From Octopus sinensis (lineage: Eukaryota): a stretch of DNA of 64,000 nt. The DNA is taken from the NCBI RefSeq assembly GCF_006345805.1, contig NC_042997.1, forward strand, positions 15,810,001 through 15,874,000. Direction: 5' to 3'. The stretch's first letter is position 1; each line of letters begins with the position of its first letter. A program made the translations under genes and the position numbers. The notes under the pieces were generated by a model. The model saw only the letters and a program-made list of their open reading frames with translations, was not told where the DNA came from and made no database searches. Of the stretch, positions 16,087-28,867 are shown one piece after another.

Positions 16087-16804
16087 AATATATAAAGAAC
16101 CTATATGTACATACAAATGAAAAATCTGCATTGTATATATTATATTTAATTACATTCTATCAAATGTGACTCACAGAAGATGAATGAATAAAAATGTATT
16201 TTCATCAAAAATAATGTATTTGTTATTCTTTCGTGAAATTTTTATCTTCAATATTTTATCTTGTCTGCTTGCCCTAACATTCTTGTGCATGAATCAATAA
16301 GCGTGTCGGACCTATCAACTAAAGGAAGATGGATGGTTTTGTGTCCTGGTGATCGGTAAGTTATGGCCGTGGCTGAGACGTGAAGATTTGATCGAGGTTG
16401 TCAATAAGAACAACAACAATAACAACGTGATATACCTTTATCAACAAATGAGCCCTTTATGCGGTCATTCGGCCTTTTAGAAATAACCAGGATATTTCCC
16501 TAGAATCACACATTAGCTTTCTTACAAAATATTTATTGTGCAATGTGACCTGTATGGAAATCCAAAAATGATTTAATGGTTAATACTGGTAAGTCTTTGA
16601 TATCAGTCTGCCTGATCTGTGATGAAATAACCACATTGTAAGTAGCAGTTACACTGAGAAAATAGGAAGAGTTGGTAAGTTTAAAAGTGAGGTTTGAAAA
16701 GTTCAGCATTTGACTTCAAAAGAGAGCCAACCTTACAGTACGTTGGTCTTTCTCTACTCTCTGTCGAAGCGGCCTTTGCGGTGAACCAGGCGAACTGTTG
16801 ACGA

Positions 16805-17008
16805 GCAAGAGGACCAGTGATTTTGGAGGAGAGAGAGTAAATCGATTACATCGACCCCAGTGCTCAACTGGTACTTATTTTATCGACCTCGACAAAACGA
16901 ACGGTAAAGTCGAACTTGGGCGGATTTTGAACTCCGAACGTAGATGGACGAAATGCCGTTAAGCATTTTACCAAGCATGCCAACGATTCTGCCAGCTCGC
17001 TGCCTTAT
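16805..17008 (-). mobile_element. SINE family A
   Basis: Reverse complement of head ggcagcgagctggcagaatcgttggc, B-box, and gtcgatgtaatcgat hairpin. Confidence 0.8.
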
Positions 17009-17084
17009 CTTCGTATAATATTGACAGTGAATGACACTGCTTGTATGACTGACACTCATTTATAACTGTCACGTGATGTCAAAA

Positions 17085-17270
17085 CGATGGGCTTCTTTCA
17101 GTTTCCGTCAATCGAATTCACTCTCAAGGCTTTGGTCAGCCCAGAGGTATAGTAGAAAGAACTTGCCTAACGTGCCACACAGTGGGATTGAAGCTGAACA
17201 CATAACCATGTGACTAGGAAGCATGTTTCTTAACCACACAGCCAGTGCATAAGGCGGGGTACCATAATGG
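17085..17270 (-). mobile_element. SINE family C-type head, diverged
   Basis: gggcttctttcagtttccgtc...cagtgggattgaa...ttaaccacacagcca matches the family C 5' half. Confidence 0.65.
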
Positions 17271-17515
17271 ACCAGACTAATCTACAATGTGAACAAAGTG
17301 CAATTGAGACTAACGAGAGAGTAAGACATTATACAAACTAAGTGCAAAATACTTGAAAATTTCTAAAGTGGCCATTAAAGTTCATCTATCTTTATCGGTG
17401 TCTTAGAAATGTAGAAATTGAGATGGCTATCAAAATTATATACATTAATGAGCTTAGACACATATTCTCACGCACTGTACGAACAACTGTAGAAGGGAGA
17501 TAAACTTTCTGTCTG

Positions 17516-17578
<63 letters not shown>

Positions 17579-19739
17579 TGAATATTTAAGTCCTCAATTG
17601 TACTATTTGACTTGGTACGATAGACGTAACTTCTCGTAGTTACGATAAACGATGATGAACTGGCTTCAACAAATTGTACTCACCAGCATGAGCATGGGGA
17701 CACACAACACAAGCATTGTAAAGGAACGGTAAGATCTCGAAATTCAATTTCTAGGGGTGAATGGAGGTAATCTATCTATCTCCGAAACTGTGATACAAGT
17801 AAACCACGCTACCTGATTAACAAAGGAATAAAGGCGGTCAGTTGACCTGTTAGAAACAGCGATCAGATCTTCCTCTTCACAGGGCACTTAAACGAAGTAG
17901 CCCTGGGTTTAATTTTTTTAAATGTCAATATTAGAACGGCTTAAATCATAGGTCTGTTCAGTCAGAGCTGATTTGGATTAAACAGCAACAATAACACAAC
18001 ACACCAAGAAAAACTATTTGGTAGCGACCCAGCAATCCATTAAGGTATGTATAAATATAGATATAGAGAGATAAGTAACGAGTCATAAGAAAGTTTTCTT
18101 ACATTGGCACATGGCCAAAAAGTGTTGGGGAAAGAGGTATAGTCATAATCAGTATATAACTGGTTCTTATGTTATCCTCTACTGAGAGGAAGAAATGCTA
18201 AGAGAGACCTCTCAGGATTTAAACCTTAAAAGGTAATGATAGTAGAGGTATTTAAATGGGTACCCCAATAGCAATTGCTGAAATTAGACAGCTTTAAATA
18301 ACCTAGTTTTCATAAAAACTGAACATGTGAATGATAATACTAAAGTCCGTTTATGTTTGTAAATTTGTTTCAAATTTTGGCACAGGGCCAGCAATTTTTG
18401 TTTGGGAGTGGGCGGTAAGTCGACTTCAGTGCTCATCTAGCACTTATTTTATCGACCTCGAAAGGATGAAAGGCAAAGTCGACCTCGGCGGAATTTGAAC
18501 TCAGAACGTTAAGGCGGAGGAAATGCCGTTAAGTGTTTTTACTTGATGTTCTAACTTATATTTGTAAATTGTCATATAGTTTATACTGCATTTAAGTAAC
18601 AATTTCGCAGAATCATTTGATCATCGCTAATTGTTCTGAGTTCAAATCACACCGGGGTTAGCTTTTCTTCGGAGGTTGATAAACTAAAGTACTAGTGCAG
18701 GGTCATGGAATCATTAGAGTGATTCAGAAAAGGGTTTGTTCTTGCTTATATTATGAGTTCAAATCCAGTTGAGGACAACTTCACCTTTCATCTTTCTGGG
18801 GCCCATAAAGTAAAGTATCAGTCCAGGGTATTGGTTTGATAAAATTGTCAGATATTGGAAAAACACTTTGTGGTGTTTGTTCTATGTCCAGACAGGGGAG
18901 ACAAATTTGTCTGTATTTAGAAGACAAAATGGTGTATTGTACAAATTTTCCCCAAAATTCACCGAGAGTTGTTCGTCGCTCTAGTGGCAATCTTGGTACA
19001 TTTATTCTCACAGGATAAATATTATCGATAGAATATATCGGTCACAATCTAATGGATTAACTTTTCATCTTCAATCAACAACACAGTGCAGTGTCCATGA
19101 CCAAGCATTTAACTATTAATGACCAAATCAAATTTCACATAGGCGCTGCGAGTGGATACTTTTACTGTGTAAACGGCGAGAATACTGTACAATAAGTGTT
19201 GTACGAGTGTTTAATGTTGAACTCAAGTTCTTGTGTGGGTTTGCGGAAGGAAACAATAACCCGATTCATGTGAGCGAAACTGTCCCTCTAGATATGTCCT
19301 TTATCATTTCTCACTAAACCAATGTCCATAATTCCAAAGTGGTTTGTCTACATCTTAATTGCACGAGTATAAACAAAGCTGTTTGCAACATGAGGAGTAG
19401 GCTTTTACTCATCATTACCAAGTCTATGAGAGATTCTTCGTAGTCATTTAATCTACTAGAAATAGCAGCTAAGTCTCACTCAAATCACAGCCTTGCAGCT
19501 TAAACGAAAAAAAAAGTGCGTGGGGCGGGTTATTGGATAATGTAGTTCCGGATACACTATGTCTGAAAATAAAATGAAATGATCATATTTGGACAACTAA
19601 GATCAAGGCTAACCTGCTATTAGACATCAATCACAACTCACGACTGCAACAGCTACTAAATTACCATAAAGATGTATATGTCGCATCTACGATGTCAATT
19701 TCTGAGTTGTCTAAAATTCCATAGTGTTCGACTGTGTAC

Positions 19740-20160
19740 CTATTTCTTTACTACCCACAAACACAGAGAGGACAAACAAGGACAGACAAACGGATTAAGT
19801 CGATTGCATTGACCCCAGTACGTAACTGGTACTTATTTAATCGACCCCGAAAGACAAAGTCGACCTCGGCGGAATTTGAACTCAGAACGTAGCGGCAGAC
19901 GAAATACCACTGAATATTTCGCCTGGCGTGCTAACGGTTCTACCAGCTCGACTGTGTACCGAACCCTTCTAACCATTTCTAGGGGCCCTTTTTCTGAGAT
20001 GTATCCATTAGATTTCTCTTCTTTCAGTACGTAACTGGTACTTATTTAATCGACCCCGAAAGGCAAAGTCGACCTCGGCGGAATTTGAACTCAGAACGTA
20101 GCGGCAGACGAAATACCACTGAATATTTCGCCTGGCGTGCTAACGGTTCTACCAGCTCGA
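19740..20160 (-). mobile_element. SINE family A, partly duplicated by a local 209-bp tandem duplication (19816-20024 / 20025-20234)
   Basis: Near-identical consecutive blocks that include both SINE and flanking sequence. Confidence 0.85.
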
Positions 20161-20412
20161 CTGTGTACCGAACCCTCCTAACCATTTCTAGGGGGCCCTT
20201 TTTCTGAGATGTATCCATTACATTTCTCTTCTTTGGGAAATAATTTTTGATGTCTCCCATTTTCTGAAAGAAAGAGGAAAACCAAAATTACACGACATCT
20301 ACTCAAAAACACTTCGAACCATTAAGGCCCATATTTTAAGCTGCAACTTAGATACTGTAGTATGATCGCTTATAAGTCGCAAACGCACTATAAAAATTGA
20401 TGGGAGTTGAAT

Positions 20413-20718
20413 GTTGTTTGTTTCTTCTCGAGCCATGCCTGGCTCATAAGGACCGGTTTCCCGGTTTCCTTGGCGTATAAGTTCCCCACCTGGACGGGAC
20501 GCCGGTCCGTCGCGGGTGAGCTGCAAGATGCAGGAGGAAAATAGTGAGAGAAAGTTGTGGCGAAGAGTCAGCAGAAGTTCGCCATTACCTTCTGCTGGAG
20601 CCGCGTGGAGCTTAGGTGTTTCGCTCATAAACACACACATCATCCGGTCTGAGATCCGAACCCCCGATCCCTCGACCGCGAATCCGCTGCTCTAACCACT
20701 AGGCCATGTGCTTCCACT
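20413..20718 (-). mobile_element. SINE G (head 1 / body M1 / tail T2) with 12-bp TSD TGGGAGTTGAAT
   Basis: A-box tggcctagtggttag and B-box ggttcggatc on the minus strand; TSD at 20401-20412 and 20719-20730. Confidence 0.85.
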
Positions 20719-20801
20719 TGGGAGTTGAATATAAGTTGTACATACTGAAACAGTTACTGGCTCTTGATTGTCTGTAGGATTACAATATCTTATTTGGGGT
20801 A

Positions 20802-21190
20802 GGGGGAGGAAGCATTCCGTCGGTTACGACGACGAGGGTTCCGGTTGATCCGATCAACGGAACAGCCTGCTCGTGAAATTAACGTGTAAGTGGCTGAGCA
20901 CTCCACAGACACGTGTACCCTTAACGTAGTTCTCGGGGATATTCAGCGTGACACAGAGAGTGACAAGGCCGGCCCCTTGAAATACAGGTACAACAGAAAC
21001 AGGAAGTAAGAGTGAGAGAAAGTTGTGGTGAAAGAGTACAGCAGGGATCACCACCATCCCTGCCGGAGCCTCGTGGAGTTTTAGGAGTTTTCGCTCAATA
21101 AACACTCACAACGCCCGGTCTGGGAATCGAAACCGCGATCCTACGACCGCGAGTCCGCTGCCCTAACCACTGGGCCATTGCGCCTCCACT
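20802..21190 (-). mobile_element. SINE D (head 1 / body M1 / tail T1), full length, TSD TATTTGGGGTA
   Basis: Near-identical to four other copies; TSD at 20791-20801 and 21190-21200. Confidence 0.92.
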
Positions 21191-22171
21191 ATTTGGGGTA
21201 TAACATAAACTCGCATAGCAATCAGATATTCTTTACATAACAAGCACTGCACCATGCAGGGCGGTCAAAAGAATCTTAAACATCACGCCGTTTGGTCGTA
21301 TATAAAGTACAAATATACCCACATGAGAGTTGCTGCTCTTAGACCTATGTTGATGTTTCTAACAGTAAGAGATCACAAAACGCAAGAAAAAGCCATTCTG
21401 GAATAGGCTGAATTACATTCTAAAACTACTAGATCTCTCTCTCTCTCTTTCTCTCTTTCTGTCTGTCCCTCTTTCTCGCTCTCAGTGGCACACAATAGAC
21501 TCTCGTCTTATAAATTATTTGGACACGTGTAAACCAATATCATAAACTTACCCTATTCCCTCTGATCCTCCCATGCACTGACTCGAAGTCGCTAAGTTTG
21601 TCCGTTGTAAATATCGGTCTCCTAACTAATAATCACCATCAAATATATATCTATTTCACGTCATGTGAGATCTATCACACATCTTACAACTCTGAAGATT
21701 TCATACATAGAGACTTAAACGCACACAATTCTTCCAGGCTCTCGTACTCTTCCTGCAATCCGAATAAGTTATTTGCTGTTCTGAACTCTTTGCATCAGGT
21801 AGCATCACCATCTGAGAGGCACTGAAAGACCGAATAACCTTGAACTCTTTCTTTCAAGCTTAGCCTTTACTCAGTTAATAGTATCCTTTAAGAAAGTCTG
21901 ATTCACTTCCTATTCGCGGAAACACACCGTACATCTTCCTTCCATACATTTATACACCACGAATTATCTAGTAATTCAAGTTAGCTAAATTGTAACAGTT
22001 ATGCCAGCTTTATATCGACTGCCTCTGCTAGCAAATGTGCTTCAACTTCGACACATCTGAGAGAGCTAAGCAGTTGATCGAAACCATTCTAAGTATATCT
22101 TATACACGCTACTCATGTAACCAGGTCTCATAAACCCTGAACACCCAAGAGGTTTCTCAGAAGCTGTGCTA

Positions 22172-22501
22172 TCTGGGACCCCCTTCGGTCACGACACTGA
22201 CCATGGGATTGCACCTAGAAAGTTACCCTCCTAGTCACAAGTCTAGGCAAGGTGGTTTTATGGAGGACCAGCAGTCGCTCATGCATACCGACCTCCCCTC
22301 TCCACGCCATCAGTGTTATCCAAGGGAAAGGCAAGGGCCGATACAGCTTGGCACCCGTGACGTCGCAACTCATTTCTACAGCTGAGTGAACTGGAGCAAC
22401 GTGAAATAATGTGTCTCGCTCAAGAACACAACACGCAGCCCGGTCCTGGATTCGAGCTCACAACCTCACGATCGTAAGCTCGACGCTCTAACCACTGAGC
22501 C
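22172..22501 (-). mobile_element. SINE F (head 2 / CORE-like body M2 / tail T3), TSD AAGCTGTGCTA
   Basis: TSD at 22161-22171 and 22502-22512; second copy at 25137-25480. Confidence 0.88.
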
Positions 22502-23314
22502 AAGCTGTGCTACAGAGGCAAAATATTACCCTGCCTACAACGCCTGAAGGAAGTTACCCATCATTATTAGATTGTACCCATAATCACAAGCCCTGCAATA
22601 TTCATGCATCGCATAATGAACTATGTATCCTGTTTTCCAAATTTCACCAAACTCATCTGGACCCTTTCGAAAAGAATACCTTGTGATTCCCCTTACCCAA
22701 CATCCGTCCATAACAACTCGCGCTAATATTAACTCTATGTTATATTTGCGACTCCACTTTCCTCCGATTTCATGAGGTGAGCATTCAGCAAATACTCCTT
22801 CAAAACACTTCATTTTCTCACTACAGTGTTCAATCTCATCGCAACGCGATTGTCACGCACTTGAATCCAACAAAACAACCGCTTCCGACGGTGTTTCTTC
22901 CATCTCCCACAAACGACGCTTCAGTACTAACTTCTGTTACTAATAAAATCTTTAATTTGTCTGTCTTTCTGCCTCTGTTTCGCTCTCTCTTTCCCCTCTC
23001 GCTTTCTTTATCCCCCTTCTCTCTCTGTCTCTCTCTCTCTTCAGTATTGCACCGTGTCCAATCACCGAAAAGCATGACCTCTGACTCTCCAAATTACCAG
23101 CTTTAATATCTCACTCCAAGAATTTTAATAGTGGTGTAAAGGTTTTTAACAATTCTTTCCTTCGTCACTTTGAGTATTGCTTTACTCCCAGTAACCACCA
23201 GAATGACTATCACATAGTCAAATCAACAAAGGATCTTGCTCTCTACGTCGAGCAGAGCGCAAGTTATTGCACTTGCATTAGCAAAGTCTTTGGAATATAT
23301 TGGAAATAATATTG

Positions 23315-24037
23315 ATTTCAAACTTTTGAACAAGACCAGCAATTTTGGCAGGGGGAGTAAGTCGATTACATCGACCCCAGTGCTCTGTTGGTACTGATCT
23401 TATCTCACCAAAGCGATGACATGCAAAATCGACCCCGGTGGAATTTGAACTCAGAACGTAAAGACGGACGAAACGCCGCTAAGCGTTTTGCCCGGCATGC
23501 AAAAGATTCTGCCAGTTCGCCCGCCACCTTTACATCTGGTTTCAAATTTTGGCACAAGGTCATCAGGTTGTGTGGGGGGGGGGCTAAGTTGACCCCAGTG
23601 CTCAACTGGCACTTATTTTATCGACCACAAAAGTATGAAAGGCAAAGATGACCCCGGCTGAATTTGAACTCAGAACGTAAAGACAGACGAAATGCGACTA
23701 AGCATTTTGCCCGGCGTGCTAACGATTCTGCTAGCCCGCTGCCTTCAATATATCTGGAATAACATTTATTTCAAGTTTTGGCACAAGGCCTGTAATTTCG
23801 GGGGGGGGCTAAGTCGATTATATCCACCCCAGTACTCATCCTACCAGCTCGCCGCCTTAAATACCTGGAGCAATACTGGAACCTCTTAATATAATTCCCT
23901 TGCAGAAAACAGCACTGCTTGGAACCGTCCGAATACTACGGAAAGTGCTCGAAAAATAAGAGGTGTTACCTTGGTTCACTTGTAGTGAACAGCTGACACC
24001 GCAGTACACCTACAGCGTTAGAAGCTGTGCAAAGGCA

Positions 24038-24073
<36 letters not shown>

Positions 24074-24836
24074 CGATAAGCAAGAAAGGTATGCAATAAG
24101 GTATGCGATAAGCATGAAAGAAAAGTCGATAGATATGACAGGTTAACTTGGGAGGTTAAGCAGTTGTGATCGATAAAAATGTGGTAGTAGTACCAATAAT
24201 TGTCGGAGTCCTGGGAACAGTGAATAAAATTCTTGAAGTACATGGAACAAATGGGGGCGGCAAAAACGGTGGATAACTTGTAGAAAACAGCACTGCTTGG
24301 AACAGCTCGAATACTCCGGATGGTGCTCGAAAAATAAGGAGTGTTACTTTAATTCACTGGTAGTGAACTGCTGGCACCGTAGTACATTTCCAGCTGTGCA
24401 AAGACAATAAATAATAATAATAATCCTTTTTACTGGAAGAACAAGGCCTCTAATTTGGGGGAACGGGTTGAGTCGATTACATAGACCCCAGCGCACAACT
24501 GGTACTTAATTTATCGACCCCCAAAGGATGAAAGGCAAAGGTGACATCGGTGGAATTTGAACTCAGAACGTAGCGACAGATGAAATGCCGCTCAGCAGTT
24601 TACTCGGCGTGCTAACGCTTCTGCCAGCTAGCCGCCTTAACAACAACAACAACAACAATTTCAAATTTTGGCACAAATCTATCAAGTTCGTGGTATGTCG
24701 ACCCCAGTGTTCAACTGGTACTCTTTTTATTGATCCCGAAGGATGAAAGGTAGAGTTGAACTCCTACCGTAAAGGGTGGATGTAATGCTACTAGGCATTT
24801 CGCCCAGCGCGGTAGCGATTCTGCCTGCTCACCGCC

Positions 24837-24878
<42 letters not shown>

Positions 24879-25090
24879 GTTTCAAATTTTGCCACAAGGG
24901 CAACAATTTTGAAGGAGGGATGAGTCGATTATATCGATCCTAATATTTCACTGGTGCTTAATTTATCAACCTCGAAAGGATGAAAAGCAAAATCGATCTC
25001 GGCAGAATTTGAACTCAGAACGTAAGGACGGACGAAATGCGGGTAAGCTTTTTCCCGGCGTGCTAACGATTCTGCCAGCTCGCCGCCTTT
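23315..25090 (-). mobile_element. Stack of about six same-orientation family A SINEs (23315, 23535, 23768, 24420, 24655, 24876) interleaved with LINE 3' ends and trinucleotide tails
   Basis: Repeated cacaaggcc...gtcgattacatcgaccccagtg...tttgaactcagaacg...ctgccagctcgccgcctt units separated by (AAT)n, (CAA)n or (TAG)n. Confidence 0.85.
23896..24424 (+). mobile_element. Two tandem 3' fragments of an R4/Dong-type RLE non-LTR retrotransposon
   Basis: Broken frames read YDRLTWEVKQL..VVVVPIIVGVLGTVNK...KTALLGTARILRMVLEK* and LQKTALLGTVRILRKVLEK*, the typical C-terminus of the restriction-like endonuclease domain; (ATG)n and (ATA)n tails. Confidence 0.8.
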
Positions 25091-25097
25091 ATCTGAA

Positions 25098-25129
<32 letters not shown>

Positions 25130-25136
25130 ATGCTGA

Positions 25137-25480
25137 GAGCTGAGACCCCCTTCGGTCATGGCTGACCATAGGATTGCACCTAGAAAGTTACCCTCCCAGG
25201 CACAAGTCCGGACAAGGTTGTTTACGGAAGACAAGAAGTCGCCCATACATACCATCCTCCCCTCTCCACGCCACCAGTGTTATCCAAGGGAAAGGCAAAG
25301 GGGCCGATACAGCTTGGCACCTGTGACGTCGCAACTCATTTCTACAGCTGAGTGAACTGGAGCAACGTGAAATAAAGAGTCTTGCTCAAGAACACAACAC
25401 TCAGCCCGGTCCAGGATTCGAACTCACAACCTCACGATCGTAAGCTCGACTCTCTAGCCACTGAGCCATGCGCCTTCACA
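25137..25480 (-). mobile_element. SINE F, full length
   Basis: Matches 22172-22501; intact tRNA-like head gtgaaggcgcatggctcagtggctagag. Confidence 0.88.
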
Positions 25481-25515
25481 ATAATAATAATAACAATAAT
25501 AATAATAATAATAAT

Positions 25516-25930
25516 AATAGAAATCAGCAAAATGTGGAACCTGAAGACTAAAACAATACCTGTTGTCATAGGTGCCCTGGGAATGATAGCAAAAGGGGCT
25601 GATTGCTACCTAACTCAGATACTAGGAAACCCCAAAATGGCAGAAATTCAAAAGATAGTGCTCATGGGAACTGCTCATATCCTACGCAAAATACTTTCTA
25701 TGTAATCTCAAGTTTTAAAACAAACATAATTTTCGTATGTTTTTTAGACATTACTAGTACAACACTAAGTAGAAAACCAAATATATGGAACCCTAGGCAT
25801 AACACCAACATGAACTTCCAACTTGTTGTCTCTTGAGGTCTCTGGGTGAGACTTGAAGCCAACTTGTGCAAATGTAAAGCGAAAATCAAACATAGAATGA
25901 TAATAATAATAAGGATAATAATAATAAAAG
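25516..25930 (+). mobile_element. 5'-truncated R4/Dong-type RLE LINE 3' end, second subfamily, flanked by (AAT)n
   Basis: Open frame EISKMWNLKTKTIPVVIGALGMIAKG...EIQKIVLMGTAHILRKILSM* followed by a 3'UTR and (ATA)n. Confidence 0.85.
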
Positions 25931-26392
25931 GTACCAGTTCAGTGCAGTGTATTTGCAGAAGTGCAAAAATCGAACAATGTTTTGCGATAAATATTTTAGC
26001 ATGTATGAGATAACCACTTAGCGCATTTGGTACTTTTCGCAGGGTCCTCTCTATTGCAAACATTAGAGCCAAGTCCTTCAGTTAAAATATATCTTCTTCA
26101 TTCACTCCCATTGTTCTCGAAGGCTCTTTAAAATGGTCCTGGACATCAACTTCTCTCCTAACTAAATGATAAGGAAAAAAAAAATTTGTCATTTAGAAAG
26201 GGTAAACAAAAGCAAACAAAAACAAGAAAGAAATCAAATCAGGTGACAAACAAGTGGACCATCTGTAAAGTGACCTAGAAACCATTCCCAGCGAGTCATA
26301 TGATATTTCATGCCATCGTACTTATGCTCAGTGAATCTGTGAAACTATCATTTTCCTTCTCCTTTTCTCATCCTCTCTGTCTTCTTCTCAGT

Positions 26393-26424
<32 letters not shown>

Positions 26425-26438
26425 TTATATACATATAG

Positions 26439-26580
26439 TCGTAGATGTGGATGTTTGGTAAGGCGTTTACTTCCCAACTATATAGTTCCGGGTTCAGTCC
26501 CACTGTACGGCACCTTGGACGAGTGTCTTTTACTATAGCCTTGGGAGTGGATTTGCTGGACGGAAACTGAAAGAATCCCG

Positions 26581-26668
<88 letters not shown>
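26439..26668 (+). mobile_element. SINE family C head plus expanded (TA)n
   Basis: ggttcagtcccactg B-box region and ggaaactgaaagaa, then about 85 bp of TA. Confidence 0.7.
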
Positions 26669-26670
<2 letters not shown>

Positions 26671-27099
26671 CCTATCTTGATATTTTTTCCTATCTTGTCT
26701 GTGATGGATTTGTGACTATTCGGTGGTACAGAAGTGTTTGGCTCAGAAACAAAACGCATCGCATGGTCCAGGAATCGAAACTACAATCTTACGATCATGA
26801 GTCCGACACCCCTAACCACTAAGCCACGTGCCTCCGCAGTAAATTTGAGTGGAGTCAGCTTGTCGATTACCTCGACTCCCGGGGCTCGATTAGCACGTAT
26901 TTTATCATCCCCGAAAGGATGAATGGTGAAGTCGAGTCGGTGGAATTTGAAGAACATAAAGAGTCAGAAGAAATACCACTAAGCATTTTGTTAGACATGC
27001 TAACAATTCTACTAAAAATATAAAAATATAAAAAGGACGGTAAATTTTGAAGAATGTTGGAGCTATTGCGTTGTGTCTGATTTTTTTCTCACTAGCTTT

Positions 27100-27860
27100 G
27101 AATGCCATCAATTCCAGGATTTCTCCAGTTCCTAACGCGATTTAAAGAAAGCTTCAGTCAAACCAGATATCATCAATACTTCTTGTTACTACAAACTCCT
27201 CTACCCAGCTATTGTTTTTCTTATATTTACCTTCGTTTTCGAGTCTACATTTCCCAAATGTAATTCTTCTTTAGTGGCTGTCATATTTAACATTTATGTT
27301 CTTAGCACGTATTACCTTAAAGTATATTTGCAGGTTATCAAAAGAAGAGTTTTTAAGAATACCTCTTTTCTAAAACAGTCTATTATTTAGAAACGATTAT
27401 ATATTTTTTGGTTTTTGCTTTAAGTGTTCAAGTGTTTGCAGTCAGGTTTCTTAAATGTTTATGTTACACTTAATCATTATTCGCTACGTATTTATGTTAA
27501 TTTTTCAAGAAGGGTTTTTTTACTAACATCTGGTTTATTTTACTTGCTTTTCTATGCAGAATATTTATTTTATACTTTAATTTACTCTTCTAGCTATCTG
27601 TTCTGTTCTGAGCTGGCTACTTCTGTCTTTTGTAGTGGTACATTGTTTATTCAATAACACATTGTCGTATTGTTTAATTGGATAATAGAAAAGGGTATCA
27701 TAATGTTGTGATACGTTAAACCACTATGTACATTGCTGATTGCGTCCCTTAATCTATATTGATCAGTAAGAGAGGAGAAGACACTTCAGCCTCTTGAAAG
27801 TATTTTAACATGCTGTTGATACATTTATCATCGGTTTCATCTGGTCCATCTGGTTCATCT
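27100..27860 (-). mobile_element. Probable decayed Penelope-like element, GIY-YIG region
   Basis: Minus-strand fragments KININT*RIMIKCNIN, FGKCRLENEGKYK and ISGLTEAFFKSR occur in the order of the Penelope C-terminal motifs (KIFNRNTVKISYSC, GKCL..N..YK, YIGLTE..FK.R). Confidence 0.4.
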
Positions 27861-28019
27861 GCTAAGGAATGTTCTCGAAATCTCACTGCTTCAGAAGTCA
27901 GAGTTGCTGTTACTGGAAAGGTACAATGGCTGGTGGTGGTAATGTTCGCGTTGTTATCGTTATGTTGATCGGGAACAGTTATTATTATTATTATTATTAT
28001 ATTATTATTATTATTATTA

Positions 28020-28380
28020 TTATCATTATTATAATTATTATTATTATTGTTGTTGTTGGTTCGTACTTATTCTTGGTAGAATTTATGTGGGGAACGGGTT
28101 ATTGCCTGTAACCTTAAGTATCCACAGGCTTTCGATAGTCTCCATAGTGCTTAAGGCCCTTCTGATTATCTTTCCTGTCTGTAAGAGGTAAACTTTTTGT
28201 AGAAACTCTACATACAGGCCGTTCTATTTCAGTCTCCTTCAACCGTTTGTCTATACCTTTGCTTACAGTTCTCAATGCACCAATTATTGTAAGCACAACC
28301 CTTGGTGTTTCCATATTCCAAATTCTTGCAATTTCAAATTTTAAGGGATTGTATTATTTTTGTTGTTGTTTTTCGACTTC
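28020..28380 (-). mobile_element. R4/Dong-type RLE LINE 3' end, third subfamily, decayed
   Basis: EK..K*YNPLKFEIARIWNMETPRVVLTIIGALRTVSKGIDKRLKE; (AAT)n tail at about 27975-28050. Confidence 0.75.
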
Positions 28381-28541
28381 TTTACTATCCTATCATCATC
28401 ATCATCATGTTTTACTTCTTAGAGCTCTCGATCTTACTTGCTCCTGTTAATTCTGTGAAAGCGGACAGCAACCTGTTGTCAAAAGTCTCCCATGAGTCGC
28501 CCAGGGTCTCTTTTCACGAATTTTGGTACCAAGGTGTTATA

Positions 28542-28858
28542 GGAGCACTCCGTCGGTTACGACGACGAGGGTTCCAGCTGATACGATCAACGGAACAGCC
28601 TGCTCGTGAAATTACCGTGCATGTGACTAAGCAATCCACAGATACGTGTACCCTTAACGTAGTTCTCAGGGAGATTCAGCGCGACGCAGAGTGTGACAAG
28701 GCCGGCCCTTTGAAATACAGGTGCAACTCATTTTTGCCAGCAGAGTGGAATGGAACAACGTGAAATAAAGTGTCTTGCTCAAGGACACAACGCATCGCCG
28801 GGAATTGAACTCACACCCTTACAATCGTGAGCTGAATGCCCTAACCACTAAGCCACGT
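28542..28858 (-). mobile_element. SINE E (head 2 / body M2 / tail T1)
   Basis: Shares the T1 tail with family D and the head and body with family F. Confidence 0.85.
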
Positions 28859-28867
28859 TAATTATTA

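Noticed and set aside
21500-23260. Possible decayed LINE (SSCNPNKLFAVLNSL on plus; GPDEFGEIWK on minus)
   Set aside because: The faint motifs are on opposite strands and too short to assign without a search.
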